Below, piece by piece: positions 1-9,353 of a DNA stretch of 64,000 nucleotides; positions within the stretch are counted from its first letter, which is position 1; every line of letters begins with the position of its first letter. The notes below the pieces were generated by a model. It had not been told where the DNA came from and did no database searches. It worked only from the letters and a program-made list of their open reading frames with translations. Location of the stretch: positions 22,249-86,248 of the IMG/VR virus record IMGVR_UViG_3300020021_000004; one strand, written 5' to 3'. Both the position numbers and the translations under genes were made by a program. The DNA comes from a virus.

Positions 1-3000
1 GATTGCGGATGTTCGACTGAACTTCGCAGTGCTGCATGAGCGCTGCGTAGACGGTCGTGCTCGTCGTCAAAGGCACCAGCACGTCCGGCTTCAGGTTGCC
101 CGGAAGCGGGGTCGCTAGTTCGTTGATGGCCGACAAGAAAGCCTGATCGCTTGCCTGATTGGTGTTCGGCACCTTCAGGACCTGCTTGATGCCCACGAGG
201 ACGGCCCCGTTGAGAATCATCAAGAAAGCACCGAGAGTGACGCGGTTATCGGCCGTGAGCGTACCGAAGTTCGCTTCCACAGTCTTGAACTGCTGGTACA
301 GCTGCGTCGAGAAGTCCTGCTTCATGTAGCTGTAGCTCACGAAGTAGAAGTCGCCGATCGCAGGCTCCAGACCCGCCGGGTTGAACGACTGGAGGGTCGC
401 CGTGTCGTTGACGGTGATGCCGACCGTGTCGGTCACAATCGTCTCCAAGCCCGCCATCGAAAGGTACGGCACCGCCGGGTTGACCTTCCAAGTCGAGCTG
501 ATCTCCAGAGTGAAGGACCCCGCGCCAGAGTACCCGGCCGCTAGAGCCGGAAGGATCGTGAACCGGAGGCCCGTGTTGGCATCCGTGTACGTTTGACCCG
601 GGTACCCGACACCCGACGACCCTTGCGGGTTGTTCGAGCTAACGACGTAGTTGTCCTGAGCGTCTTCACCGTTGTCACCGCTGGTGCCGGGAACGATCCC
701 AGTGCCCGTCGTGATGTTGAAGGCAGTCGCCGAACCCGACACGAAGACCACCGACGAAGAAGCGGCGCCCGTCGTGATCGACTCGATCGTGACGTACTTC
801 TGACCCTCGATAGTGCTCACGTAAGCAACGCCATCCGTGGCGAAACTTGCCGTTGCGTTGAGACGGTCGACAACCTCGGACGCAGCCACCAACGTCTGGC
901 TGGCGATGTCGTCTTCAGTGAAGCCGAGGACGTCGTTCGCCGAACCCGCCAAGATTTGGAGAGACGAGCTGGGGTCCGCGATGTTACTGGTGAGACGGAT
1001 CTTGTTGACGTTCGCCAACGTGCCGACAGCGGCCACGCTGGTGAGGCCCGGGACCGCATTGATGGCCGTGACAATCGCTGAAGCGGCCACAGTGGCGCCC
1101 GCAGGAAGCGTGATCGCGTAATCGATCCCGTTCATGCGGATGTTCAACGCATCGTTGACATCTGCCGTGATGAGGAAGGGACCAGCGTCCGCACTCAACA
1201 AGGTAGCGGGCTTGTTGGTAGCCGTCGAAGTACCGGCCGCCGACTGGAACGTCGCAAACCCCAAGAGGTTCTCGGCCGTGCCTTGACGAATAGCCACCGT
1301 CGACACCGCGTCGAACCCGCCCGGCAAAGCTGCCGGCGTCGAGTACGACTTGATGAGGAAGAAGACGGGCCCGTTGGTGCCACCCACCTGGACGAAGCTC
1401 GCCAAGGTGTTGGGCGCCGTACCGCTGAAGGCCGCATTGGCGTCAATCGCCGTGTTGATGTCCGTGACGATTTGTGTCGGCGTACGTCCACCAGGCGTCA
1501 AAGTGACGGTGATGTTCGTGCCGTCAATCGCTAGTTCGAGGTCATTCGCAGGGGACGCCGGAACCGTGATGTGATTGCTGCCGTCCACGACCACTCGGGT
1601 GGAGACCAAGTAGCCCCTCGTGGCCACATTCAGGTTGGTCACGTAGGCGTTGCCGTTGAGGGTCGTGCGCCACTGGTCGGAGAAGCTCGTGAAGAACGAG
1701 TATGGGCTGGCTCCGTCGTTCGTGAAGGCGGCATTCTGAGCCTTCGCTTGACCGAACGTCACCGTTACGGTTTCGGCGAGAGCCGTACCCGCACCGGTGT
1801 GGAAAGCGTCCGTGATCTGCTCGACACCACGAGGCCACTGCACGATCTCGGGCAAGCTGGTCTTGGTCCCGAAACGAGCCTGCATGACGTTCTGACCCGT
1901 CAAGGTGCTGAGCACCTCGAACTGACCCGTGCCCACCGGGCCCGGGACCTTGTTGGTCAGAATGTAGGTGTCGTCACGGAGACGGTTGTACCAGAAGGTT
2001 GCGTAGACGTTGTGGTCCGGGGGGACCGCCGACTTCAACGTGATCTTGCGGTTCGCACCATCGACCTCGGTGACCTGTACGGGCGAACGCCCGAGAGCAT
2101 CGAGGAGGTTGCGGCCCGTGTAGACCGTGATGAGGTCCGGACGGTTCGTATCGAGGCCGATACGACCATTCGTCACCGCACTGTAGACAGCGCTCCCAAG
2201 GGGCGTGTCACGACCGTTACCGGTCGTGGGGACCTCGGGCAGGAGGAAGTCGGTGTCCGACACGAGAGCCGGCACCACTGTGGTGTCGATCACACGAGCC
2301 GCCGCCGTCAAGAACAGCCGGTCATCCACGAGGGTGGGAACGATCTGCGTATCGTTGAACAACGTCGAACCCGGCGAACGAAGAGCCGAGGCCACCACAT
2401 AGCTGGCACCCCAGTGAAGGATCGAGACGTCCGGGCTCGGGTTCGAGACCACGAAGTCCTGGCCTTCGATGAAGTCGCTACGTCCGGGGGCGAAACCACA
2501 ACGAGAGACGCTCGTTACCAACGTGTTGGGCAGGTAATCGAACGTGTCCTGCCAGGTGTTGGCGAAGTACTGGACCTTCACCGTAGACCCGGCGGCGGGG
2601 CTGAACGGCAAGGTCACGATACCGTTGGTACCGTCCACCGCCGAAGCCACCACCTGCACGTTGTTGACCGTCACCACCACTTTGGTGGCGTCAGTCGTCG
2701 TGATACCGCCGTCCGTGCCGTCCACGATCGGACGCTGGAACACCCGGAAACTGGCGTTTCGGGTCGTCGTCGAATTGGCCATGAAGCCCAACGCACCGTT
2801 GGCGTTTCCGACGCCGATGGTGAGGCTCTTGGCCGACATCAGGCTCAAGTGGATGCGACCCTGGTTGTCGGTGAACACCGCCGTCGCGAGCCCCGGGATG
2901 AGGTTCGAATCGATGACACTCTTGAGGCCCGTCGCCGAATAGCTGCCGGCCGCGAACGTGATCGACTTCGCCACACCATCGACGCTGAACGCGAAGGTGT

Positions 3001-3580
3001 CGGTCGTACCCGCGACAATCTCGAAGGGAGCGTACCCCGGGGTCGTCAGAACCGCCTGGGTGGGCGTTACCTGACTGGAGACGTCATCCGTGAAGGACGT
3101 GTCCGACCGGTGGAAGTAGTAGGTGCAGCGGATGTTGTCACCCGGCTGCGGAGGGATCTGTAGGAAGACGTAGCCGCTTTGACCCTGAACGGACCCGACC
3201 GCGACCGGTGTACCGTTGACGGTCACCGTGACGCTGCGGATGCTGTTGGTCACGCGGCCGAAGCCCTGACCATCCACGAGCGGGGAGTTGCGGACCTTGA
3301 ACTGAGTGATGAGCCCGTTCACAGCCCCGAGGACGGGGTTGTTGGGGTTCGTGTTGTCCACGACGAAGCGTGAAGACACATCCTCGTTGACGATCTGCTG
3401 GTCGAGGTTAGCACTCGAGCCACGCACCAACTCCAAGTCCAGCTGGTCTAGTTCTTCCTGACCCACGCCAATTTCGACGGGGATACGAAGACCAGCGACG
3501 AGATTGGCCGCGTTGGCATCCGTCAAAGTGCGGGTGTAGACACCTGGGGGGACGTACGTAGTGAAGGGGCCGAGAGCCAT
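1..3580 (-). CDS. Contractile tail sheath protein, very large (>1193 aa), 3' end outside the window
   Basis: Missing from the ORF track because it runs off the edge. ATG at 3580 with AAGGAG RBS. N-terminus MALGPFTTYVPPGVYTRT is the typical sheath YxxPGVY start. Spot-translated segments near 3060, 1200 and 110 are all in the same frame (...PLPGNLKPDVLVPLTT...QHCEVQSNIRN). Several inserted beta-domains. Confidence 0.85.
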   Translation of the reverse strand, partial: MALGPFTTYVPPGVYTRTLTDANAANLVAGLRIPVEIGVGQEELDQLDLELVRGSSANLDQQIVNEDVSSRFVVDNTNPNNPVLGAVNGLITQFKVRNSPLVDGQGFGRVTNSIRSVTVTVNGTPVAVGSVQGQSGYVFLQIPPQPGDNIRCTYYFHRSDTSFTDDVSSQVTPTQAVLTTPGYAPFEIVAGTTDTFAFSVDGVAKSITFAAGSYSATGLKSVIDSNLIPGLATAVFTDNQGRIHLSLMSAKSLTIGVGNANGALGFMANSTTTRNASFRVFQRPIVDGTDGGITTTDATKVVVTVNNVQVVASAVDGTNGIVTLPFSPAAGSTVKVQYFANTWQDTFDYLPNTLVTSVSRCGFAPGRSDFIEGQDFVVSNPSPDVSILHWGASYVVASALRSPGSTLFNDTQIVPTLVDDRLFLTAAARVIDTTVVPALVSDTDFLLPEVPTTGNGRDTPLGSAVYSAVTNGRIGLDTNRPDLITVYTGRNLLDALGRSPVQVTEVDGANRKITLKSAVPPDHNVYATFWYNRLRDDTYILTNKVPGPVGTGQFEVLSTLTGQNVMQARFGTKTSLPEIVQWPRGVEQITDAFHTGAGTALAETVTVTFGQAKAQNAAFTNDGASPYSFFTSFSDQWRTTLNGNAYVTNLNVATRGYLVSTRVVVDGSNHITVPASPANDLELAIDGTNITVTLTPGGRTPTQIVTDINTAIDANAAFSGTAPNTLASFVQVGGTNGPVFFLIKSYSTPAALPGGFDAVSTVAIRQGTAENLLGFATFQSAAGTSTATNKPATLLSADAGPFLITADVNDALNIRMNGIDYAITLPAGATVAASAIVTAINAVPGLTSVAAVGTLANVNKIRLTSNIADPSSSLQILAGSANDVLGFTEDDIASQTLVAASEVVDRLNATASFATDGVAYVSTIEGQKYVTIESITTGAASSSVVFVSGSATAFNITTGTGIVPGTSGDNGEDAQDNYVVSSNNPQGSSGVGYPGQTYTDANTGLRFTILPALAAGYSGAGSFTLEISSTWKVNPAVPYLSMAGLETIVTDTVGITVNDTATLQSFNPAGLEPAIGDFYFVSYSYMKQDFSTQLYQQFKTVEANFGTLTADNRVTLGAFLMILNGAVLVGIKQVLKVPNTNQASDQAFLSAINELATPLPGNLKPDVLVPLTTSTTVYAALMQHCEVQSNIRN

Positions 3581-3597
3581 CCAGAACTCCTTGTGAG

Positions 3598-3724
3598 CTG
3601 GCAGTCGCCAGCGAATTTCGATTCCGATTTAAATCGAGGTCTTTTTGGATCTGAATCTGGGATCTGGATCTTCATCTTGACCGCAAGGACTCGCCTCCGG
3701 CCTCTATGTCTAGCTCTGGGTCAA
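3598..3724 (-). promoter_or_regulatory. Structured 5' leader of the sheath gene: hairpin, (A/G)AT hexamer array, hairpin
   Basis: Minus strand reads TTGACC...GGTCAA stem, then AGATGA AGATCC AGATCCC AGATTC AGATCC AAAA AGACCT CGATTT AAATCG GAATCG AAATTC, then GCTGGC-GACT-GCCAGC hairpin, then the RBS. The 17-mer at 3661-3677 is identical to 31890-31906. Confidence 0.6.
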
Positions 3725-3745
3725 CGAAGCATTATTGAAGGAGCG

Positions 3746-4162
3746 TTACGCTGGCGGTCGCTTTAGGACGCTCACCAGCTCGTCCCGGACTTTCTTCCGG
3801 CCTTCGATGGTCTGGTCGCTCCCCGCCTTGTACTCGATGTAGTCCGCCCCATTTTTGCGGATTAGAGCCCGGTTTCCCCCCACTTTGCGGACCTCGGTCT
3901 TGACCTTCTCCCGCTCCCGATACTCCTCCCAGCGCTTGTCGGCGCTCGACCCCACCGCGTAATCGTCGGTCGGGTAGTCGTGCTTGGTGACGCCCGAGTT
4001 GGCGGGCGCGGACCCGCCGGCAGCAAAAGCGAACCCGAAGCCCTCAAAGACCCGAGGCGCGCTCCCCTGACAGTTGGGACACTCGTGCGTTTTGTGCTCC
4101 CCCATCTTTAGGGTGCGGGTAAATCCTAAGCCACACGTGCATTCGAAGGTGTACTTGGGCAC
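3746..4162 (-). CDS. FmdB-family zinc-ribbon protein
   Basis: MPKYTFECTCG...ECPNCQG matches the MPxYxYxCxxC...CPxC signature. Confidence 0.75.
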   Translation of the reverse strand: MPKYTFECTCGLGFTRTLKMGEHKTHECPNCQGSAPRVFEGFGFAFAAGGSAPANSGVTKHDYPTDDYAVGSSADKRWEEYREREKVKTEVRKVGGNRALIRKNGADYIEYKAGSDQTIEGRKKVRDELVSVLKRPPA

Positions 4163-4165
4163 GGC

Positions 4166-4402
4166 TTACAGCTCTTGAGGGCCTTGGAACCCTCTAAAAT
4201 TGATAGTGTTGATCAGAGGAGCAGACTCCAGAGACCTCAACTTTTCGTAGTAATCCTCGAGGCTTTGCGGCTCCCCAAGAGACTGCCAGTAGGTGTAGGA
4301 GATGTGGATCGTCTGCGGAGGCGTATTGCCTCCCGTGTATCGAGGGTCCGGCTGCCAACCCTTGGGAGCCAACTTCACCATGGGGATCAAAATGTCGGTC
4401 AT
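4166..4402 (-). CDS. Hypothetical protein (78 aa)
   Basis: ATGA-coupled to the upstream gene and fills the gap in the operon. Confidence 0.55.
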   Translation of the reverse strand: MTDILIPMVKLAPKGWQPDPRYTGGNTPPQTIHISYTYWQSLGEPQSLEDYYEKLRSLESAPLINTINFRGFQGPQEL

Positions 4403-5556
4403 CCGATCCTCTCGTACGAATCGTTACGACCCTCAAGAATAGGGTGGGTCTCGAAGAAGAGGTCGCTAGCGACAGCCTTGATGCCAGGACCGCCGTCAGC
4501 CGTCGTCTGTGACATCTTGGAAATGGTGAGGGGGAGCGGGACGTGAGCCTCCCAATCGGCTCGAAGCTGTACCGACAAGGACGCCTGGTAGAAGAACTCC
4601 TCGCCCGTCTCGTCCGCGATCTCCTCTGCCTCGCCGCCCATCGAGACATCCAGGATCTCGATACCCTCAAACTCCAAGCGCTCTTTCTTGTGAGCCCAGA
4701 GGTACATCATCGTCAGGTCCGCGATCTCCTCCATCTGCACGGTGTCCCGTGAGATGACATCGAGATCGAACGACACTTCGAACTTGCCGCCAAACGCTTT
4801 GGCGGCGTCCACTCGGTCCTGGTACACAACAACCGCTACCTTCTGCTTGTCCTCGGCACGCTTACCGAAAGCCAGCACCACACCAGGAAGCGTCGTCGAG
4901 TCCGGGGTATTCCAATAGAAGGGGATGGGACCCAACGTGGCGCCGGGGTAGCGATAGTCAGCCGAAAGCGTCGAGCCCTTCCCGAAGTTCGTCAGTAGGG
5001 TGATGGCTCCCGTTTCGTAGTCGACCGAGTAGTCGGTGTTTTCCTTCAGGAGGAAGTTGCGGTTCTCGTAAAGCCGAAGCGTTTCCCGGACAGGGATCTG
5101 CTGAAGCTGCGCCTCCCGCTCGACGCCCGTCTGAAACATCAAGACGGGCTCTTCCGTGACGGTCAGCAACGGGTCGACCATGAAGGCCCCCTGCTCGCCC
5201 GGGTCCGTAGGAGCCTTCACGATCTCCACGTAATAGACGCCAGGAGCGGTCGGCATGCCTCCGAACTTCTGCACCGTCTTCAGGTCCTCACGGACCCACT
5301 CGAGCGGATAAGCGGGCTGGCCCACGTAAGCCAACATGACGTGGCTCTGGATGATGCCCACGTAATTGTCGGCCGCCAACGCCACCTTGTTAGCGCTCGA
5401 ACCCTTCACCACAATGCCGAACTGAGGCCGTTCACTGAACGAGAAGCGGTTCTGAATGAAAGGCGTGATCTTGCGATAAACTGGGTGACGCCCGAAGCTA
5501 TCCTTCAGCTCCAAGATCAACCTTCGCTTCAGCGAGTGGACGAGGTAATAATACAC
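4399..5556 (-). CDS. Putative tail completion/terminator-type structural protein
   Basis: GTG start just after the stop of the actin-like gene. Lies between neck genes and sheath. C-terminal FEVSFDLDVISRD...MEEIADL...FFYQASLSVQLRADWE is terminator-like, with an inserted beta-domain (DYSVDYETGAIT). Confidence 0.55.
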   Translation of the reverse strand: MYYYLVHSLKRRLILELKDSFGRHPVYRKITPFIQNRFSFSERPQFGIVVKGSSANKVALAADNYVGIIQSHVMLAYVGQPAYPLEWVREDLKTVQKFGGMPTAPGVYYVEIVKAPTDPGEQGAFMVDPLLTVTEEPVLMFQTGVEREAQLQQIPVRETLRLYENRNFLLKENTDYSVDYETGAITLLTNFGKGSTLSADYRYPGATLGPIPFYWNTPDSTTLPGVVLAFGKRAEDKQKVAVVVYQDRVDAAKAFGGKFEVSFDLDVISRDTVQMEEIADLTMMYLWAHKKERLEFEGIEILDVSMGGEAEEIADETGEEFFYQASLSVQLRADWEAHVPLPLTISKMSQTTADGGPGIKAVASDLFFETHPILEGRNDSYERIG

Positions 5557-5557
5557 C

Positions 5558-6571
5558 TCAGCCGCCTTCGTGTTCTTCAAGGGCTAGCACGAGCATGCCC
5601 TCCGCCACCGCTTGCAAGGGATCCTTGGCTTGACGGACTTCAGTGATCTGGATCGGGAATTTCTTCCGGACTAGTTCGAACTCTTCCCTAAAGATGTCCA
5701 TGAAGCCCTCGGCTTTCGTGGTCCCTCCCGATACGATGAACGGAATGGGTTCCGGGAGTGAAACATCGTTCGACACCTTCTTGAATTGAGCGGCGATGTT
5801 TTGGAGGCTGTAGTTGATGAGCGAGCGAACGTAGAGCACGATCGCCTGTTCCTCACGGCCCGCGGGAGCCAAAAGGTTGATGCCCTTCTCTTTGACGGCA
5901 CACATCTGACTCGCCGTCTTACCGACCGCCTTAGCCGATTGTGCGTCGATCCAGTCACCGCCACGAGCGAGAGCGAACTCCATGCCCTTGCTGGCTTGGT
6001 AGCTCAAAGCGATATTGGCCATACCGGCTCCAAAGCTCACGGCGAGACCCGAAAAGGTCTCGTCAGCGCATTGGCTGTAAATGATAGCCATCGCCTCATT
6101 CATCGGGTGAGCGTTGTAGCCCCGGTCCCGGATGATCTTTCGAAAGACTTCCGTGTGGAAGATGACGTCCTGAGAAGGGTCGTCGATAGGAGGAGCAGGC
6201 ACGCTGTAGAAGCAGTGCTCCCCTTCTTCGGAGGGTTCGTCGAGGACGTTATGGACCAGCAGACCTAGGATGGCTTGAGCATCCATCTCACCAGCAGAGA
6301 TCACGCCTCGGCTGAGGGGACGGCGAGCCTCTCGTTTGAAGAGGTTGGCCATCGTAAGGGCTGAGTCACCGAGGACAACCAAGTTGCCGTCCTGCTCGAT
6401 GTAGTTCACCTTCGACATCTTGAGGGAGCGCTTGGCATCCATCTCCAAGTCGAGGAAGGCGTCTCGGACACGCTTGTAGGCCGTCTTGCCGCTCTTCTTG
6501 CGGGCAGAGACAATGTTCATCGTCCCGATGTCGAGGCCCACCCCCAACTGGTCTTGCTCAGCTTTGCTCAT
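5558..6571 (-). CDS. Actin-like ATPase (MreB/MamK/FtsA superfamily)
   Basis: Phosphate-1 GLDIGTMN, connect-1 NEAMA, phosphate-2 SFGAGM, GGDWID, adenosine motif IVSGGTTKAEG, connect-2 DPLQAVAEG. Confidence 0.85.
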   Translation of the reverse strand: MSKAEQDQLGVGLDIGTMNIVSARKKSGKTAYKRVRDAFLDLEMDAKRSLKMSKVNYIEQDGNLVVLGDSALTMANLFKREARRPLSRGVISAGEMDAQAILGLLVHNVLDEPSEEGEHCFYSVPAPPIDDPSQDVIFHTEVFRKIIRDRGYNAHPMNEAMAIIYSQCADETFSGLAVSFGAGMANIALSYQASKGMEFALARGGDWIDAQSAKAVGKTASQMCAVKEKGINLLAPAGREEQAIVLYVRSLINYSLQNIAAQFKKVSNDVSLPEPIPFIVSGGTTKAEGFMDIFREEFELVRKKFPIQITEVRQAKDPLQAVAEGMLVLALEEHEGG

Positions 6572-6602
6572 TTTGAATTTCCTCTGATCTGTGTTTCTGA
6601 TT

Positions 6603-7259
6603 TCAGCCGCGGTTGTAGCTGTAGATCGCGACTGGTGGAGCTGTGAGGGCCTCAGGAGTCCCCCGCTGCTGAAGCAAGTAGACGAAGCCCTCGTGCTTGT
6701 CCGCTACCCCTTCAAGCAGATTTGAAGTGCCGTGTGTCAACGCATCGGCACTATCGAAAGCCGCTATCACAAGGCCCACGAGCCTTAGAATGGCTAGCTC
6801 ACCCCGAAGGCTCGACGACACCATCTCGTCCGGAGTGCTGGGCTGCCCGCATTGCTGCACGAACGTCAAAGCAAGGGATGCCTGCACGTGCGCCAAGATG
6901 GCCGGCTTACCTAGCCCCACCATACGTTCCGCCACCTGGTCGATGAACTCCAAGGACTCGTTGTACAGCCGCTCGAAGAGCAGGTGGTCGGCATAGAAGG
7001 CTCGACCCTTGGTGCTCCAGTGATGGGTCTGGTGCAAAAGAGCCGCTCCCTGAAGGGCACCCAGGAGAGATGTCATGGACGCCCCTTCAGGAACCGCAGC
7101 CACTTTGGCGCTCTTGACGAACGCCTTGATGTCGGACCGTTGCTTCGAGCTGAGGACCACCGGCTGATAGGGCATTCCCGGCAAATAGGGCGGCCCGTGC
7201 CTGAGGGCGTCGTATTCGGTCGGGGTGTGCCAAAGCACTCGGGAGGTCTCGTCGTCCAT
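6603..7259 (-). CDS. dps: Dps/ferritin-like protein
   Basis: HQTHHWSTKGRAFYADHLLFERLY...IDQVAER matches the Dps ferroxidase motif (HW..G..F...H...E...D..AER). Carries N- and C-terminal extensions. Confidence 0.8.
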   Translation of the reverse strand: MDDETSRVLWHTPTEYDALRHGPPYLPGMPYQPVVLSSKQRSDIKAFVKSAKVAAVPEGASMTSLLGALQGAALLHQTHHWSTKGRAFYADHLLFERLYNESLEFIDQVAERMVGLGKPAILAHVQASLALTFVQQCGQPSTPDEMVSSSLRGELAILRLVGLVIAAFDSADALTHGTSNLLEGVADKHEGFVYLLQQRGTPEALTAPPVAIYSYNRG

Positions 7260-7285
7260 CTGCTAACCTCGATCCATCAAAAGAA

Positions 7286-7840
7286 TCAGCCTGCCGAGCC
7301 CTTTCGGAGCTGGCGGAGCTTGCTCCGGGCGTCTGAAACGCTGTCGCCTTCCGAGAGCACTTCCTGCACACGGATCTGCACATCTCCCGTGGGGGCGACC
7401 GTATCGGGAAGGAACATCGGAATCTCCCCGCCCACCACCTCAGAAACCGGCTGGACCGCCACGGTGGAAACGGCTTGAAGGGTCACCTGCTGAGTCCCCA
7501 TCTTGGTTACCGCAGCCGCCAAGGCGCCCACCTGCTTGGCCATATCGTTCACGCTCTGCTGAAGCGCGGTGCTCTGCTGGGTGGACTTCATCAGGGCTTC
7601 CCGGAGCTGACGATTCTCGTCTTCCAGGACCCCCTTCTGATCTTGAGGTTTGCCGGTATGCATGGTGTTCAACATCTGAAAAATAGCCTTGCTGCCGATA
7701 GCCCTGTGGAGATCTGTTGAGTTCAAAACCTGATCGGCAGGGATGAAGGTCGGGATCTGATGGTGCACCATCACTTGGATGTCAGGGATCAGCAGTGACC
7801 CTGTAGTGGTCTTCGTAACTGTGATGCCGCCGTCACTCAT
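7286..7840 (-). CDS. Hypothetical coiled-coil protein
   Basis: Heptad segment LEDENRQLREALMK...LQQSVNDMAKQV; coupled to its neighbours. Confidence 0.6.
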   Translation of the reverse strand: MSDGGITVTKTTTGSLLIPDIQVMVHHQIPTFIPADQVLNSTDLHRAIGSKAIFQMLNTMHTGKPQDQKGVLEDENRQLREALMKSTQQSTALQQSVNDMAKQVGALAAAVTKMGTQQVTLQAVSTVAVQPVSEVVGGEIPMFLPDTVAPTGDVQIRVQEVLSEGDSVSDARSKLRQLRKGSAG

Positions 7841-8337
7841 CTGGACCCCATCGAAGCCCTAAGCTTCCGTTGAATTTCTTTCGTCAGTCGCTTCTTGATG
7901 ATCTCGCGAGCACTCTTGCGAGCCCTCTCGAGAATCGTCGAAGGCTGACGCCCGGGGTGGTACCAACGTCCCCGAGACATCGACCGTGGAGTAGCGCTCC
8001 GAAAGATCAGCTCGCCGTTGTCGAGGATGATGGGGATCGGACGTTTGGCTTTAGTGAGCCAGACCATTTGCTGCTTCTTCTGACCCTCAATCAAAGGGAA
8101 GAAGGCCGGATGCTTGGCAATGATCCGAACACTGTTGGTGCCGACCTTCGTTCCAATACCTGCCGCCAAGGCTCTCTTGGCTCGAGAAGAGAAGGCCGAC
8201 TTCTGGACCTCGTCCCGGACGGCTTTCAGAATCTCGCGCTGCACACTCTGAAGAACCTTCTTCGTGCTGATCTCACCCCCGCCGTTGGTCGAAACCAACG
8301 GCTTGAGGTTGATGCGAAAGATGGGTGGGACGAACAT
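7837..8337 (-). CDS. Putative neck/tail-completion protein (HK97 gp10-like, basic)
   Basis: ATG 8337 overlaps the upstream TGA. Basic protein with ...IEGQK...WYHPG...ILERA motif, located among neck genes. Confidence 0.55.
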   Translation of the reverse strand: MFVPPIFRINLKPLVSTNGGGEISTKKVLQSVQREILKAVRDEVQKSAFSSRAKRALAAGIGTKVGTNSVRIIAKHPAFFPLIEGQKKQQMVWLTKAKRPIPIILDNGELIFRSATPRSMSRGRWYHPGRQPSTILERARKSAREIIKKRLTKEIQRKLRASMGSR

Positions 8338-9353
8338 CAAGCCCACCGTTCCGTAAGCGGGTGCCACAAACGAAGGAGTCGTCGTTTCTCAGCACGGACG
8401 TCGGAGACCACCCCCAATAAGTGATCTAGGGCCCACCCACTTTTAAGCTCTGTCTCTGAGTATCGTATTACCGAGTACCCGAGAGCATAGTAGGCTTCTG
8501 CTGTAAGGGTGTCGTCCTGAACACGTCGAGCAGCATCTCCGAAGGCAAACCGAGGGCCATGGAAGGCTTCCCCGTCGCACAACACTACAATCTTATGCAG
8601 CCCTAGATCAATCTTGAGGTCGGCCTCACGAGGAACAAGAGTCCCTTGAATGGGTACAGCTTGCCAAACATTCAGAATAGGGTGTAGGCCGTGCTTTGAG
8701 AGGGCCTCAGCAAAGTCTGCCTCAAGCTTACAAGTCCCCCCATACAAGCGTTTGAGCCGAGCCGCCTTTGCTGAAGGAGCCAAACGTGCGTAATTCTTAT
8801 GAGCAACACTTAAGTTGATCCGCCCAACAGAAGACTTCCGCTCTTGACTCCACTTGAAGTAGCCTGCCACCCCCAAGATGTCTTCGGCAATTGTTCGAAA
8901 AACTTTGTAGGTCAGACCTAAGTCTCGCAGGACACCTTGAACAGGAGTCGTAGTTTGAAGCAAACCCCGTACGGCTTCGTAGGTGTTGTCTCCTCGGGAC
9001 CATTTGAACTGAAGGTCGTTCAAACCCACCCATCGAGCTTTGGAAGAAACTCTCACCCTAACATCGGCCGAAATCTCAGGCTTCCATTCCTCATAAGCCT
9101 TCTTACCCAAGAGTAGGTATTGAGACTCACAACGAGGACACCGCTTTGAGTGCTGCTCGGCCTTTGAGCTTACGGCCCAGACACCTCCACACTTTCTGCA
9201 TCGAAGGGTTGCCCTGTACTGTTGTCTCCAAGCCAACCAATCTGCTTTAAGCAGCAGGTGTGAAGAATCCGAATTGTGACGAAGGTGGCCTGCCAACCCA
9301 CGATAATTGTGGATCATTTTAGCACATACCCGACACGGCCCTAAAAATTGCAT
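8337..9353 (-). CDS. Putative free-standing homing endonuclease: Zn fingers plus Vsr/DUF559-like nuclease
   Basis: N-terminal CRVC..H...H, CRKC and CPRC. C-terminal EADLKI...VVLCDGEAFHG...GYSVIRYSE is DUF559/Vsr-type. Visibly more AT-rich than the flanks and inserted between neck genes. Confidence 0.7.
   Translation of the reverse strand: MQFLGPCRVCAKMIHNYRGLAGHLRHNSDSSHLLLKADWLAWRQQYRATLRCRKCGGVWAVSSKAEQHSKRCPRCESQYLLLGKKAYEEWKPEISADVRVRVSSKARWVGLNDLQFKWSRGDNTYEAVRGLLQTTTPVQGVLRDLGLTYKVFRTIAEDILGVAGYFKWSQERKSSVGRINLSVAHKNYARLAPSAKAARLKRLYGGTCKLEADFAEALSKHGLHPILNVWQAVPIQGTLVPREADLKIDLGLHKIVVLCDGEAFHGPRFAFGDAARRVQDDTLTAEAYYALGYSVIRYSETELKSGWALDHLLGVVSDVRAEKRRLLRLWHPLTERWA

Noticed and set aside
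1571-3163. 530-aa plus-strand ORF
   Set aside because: Antisense shadow of the strongly codon-biased sheath gene; R/V/G-rich composition with no motifs.
6572-6602. parC-like centromere for a ParMRC system
   Set aside because: Only ~30 nt long, similar motifs precede unrelated genes, and no ParR-like gene is adjacent.
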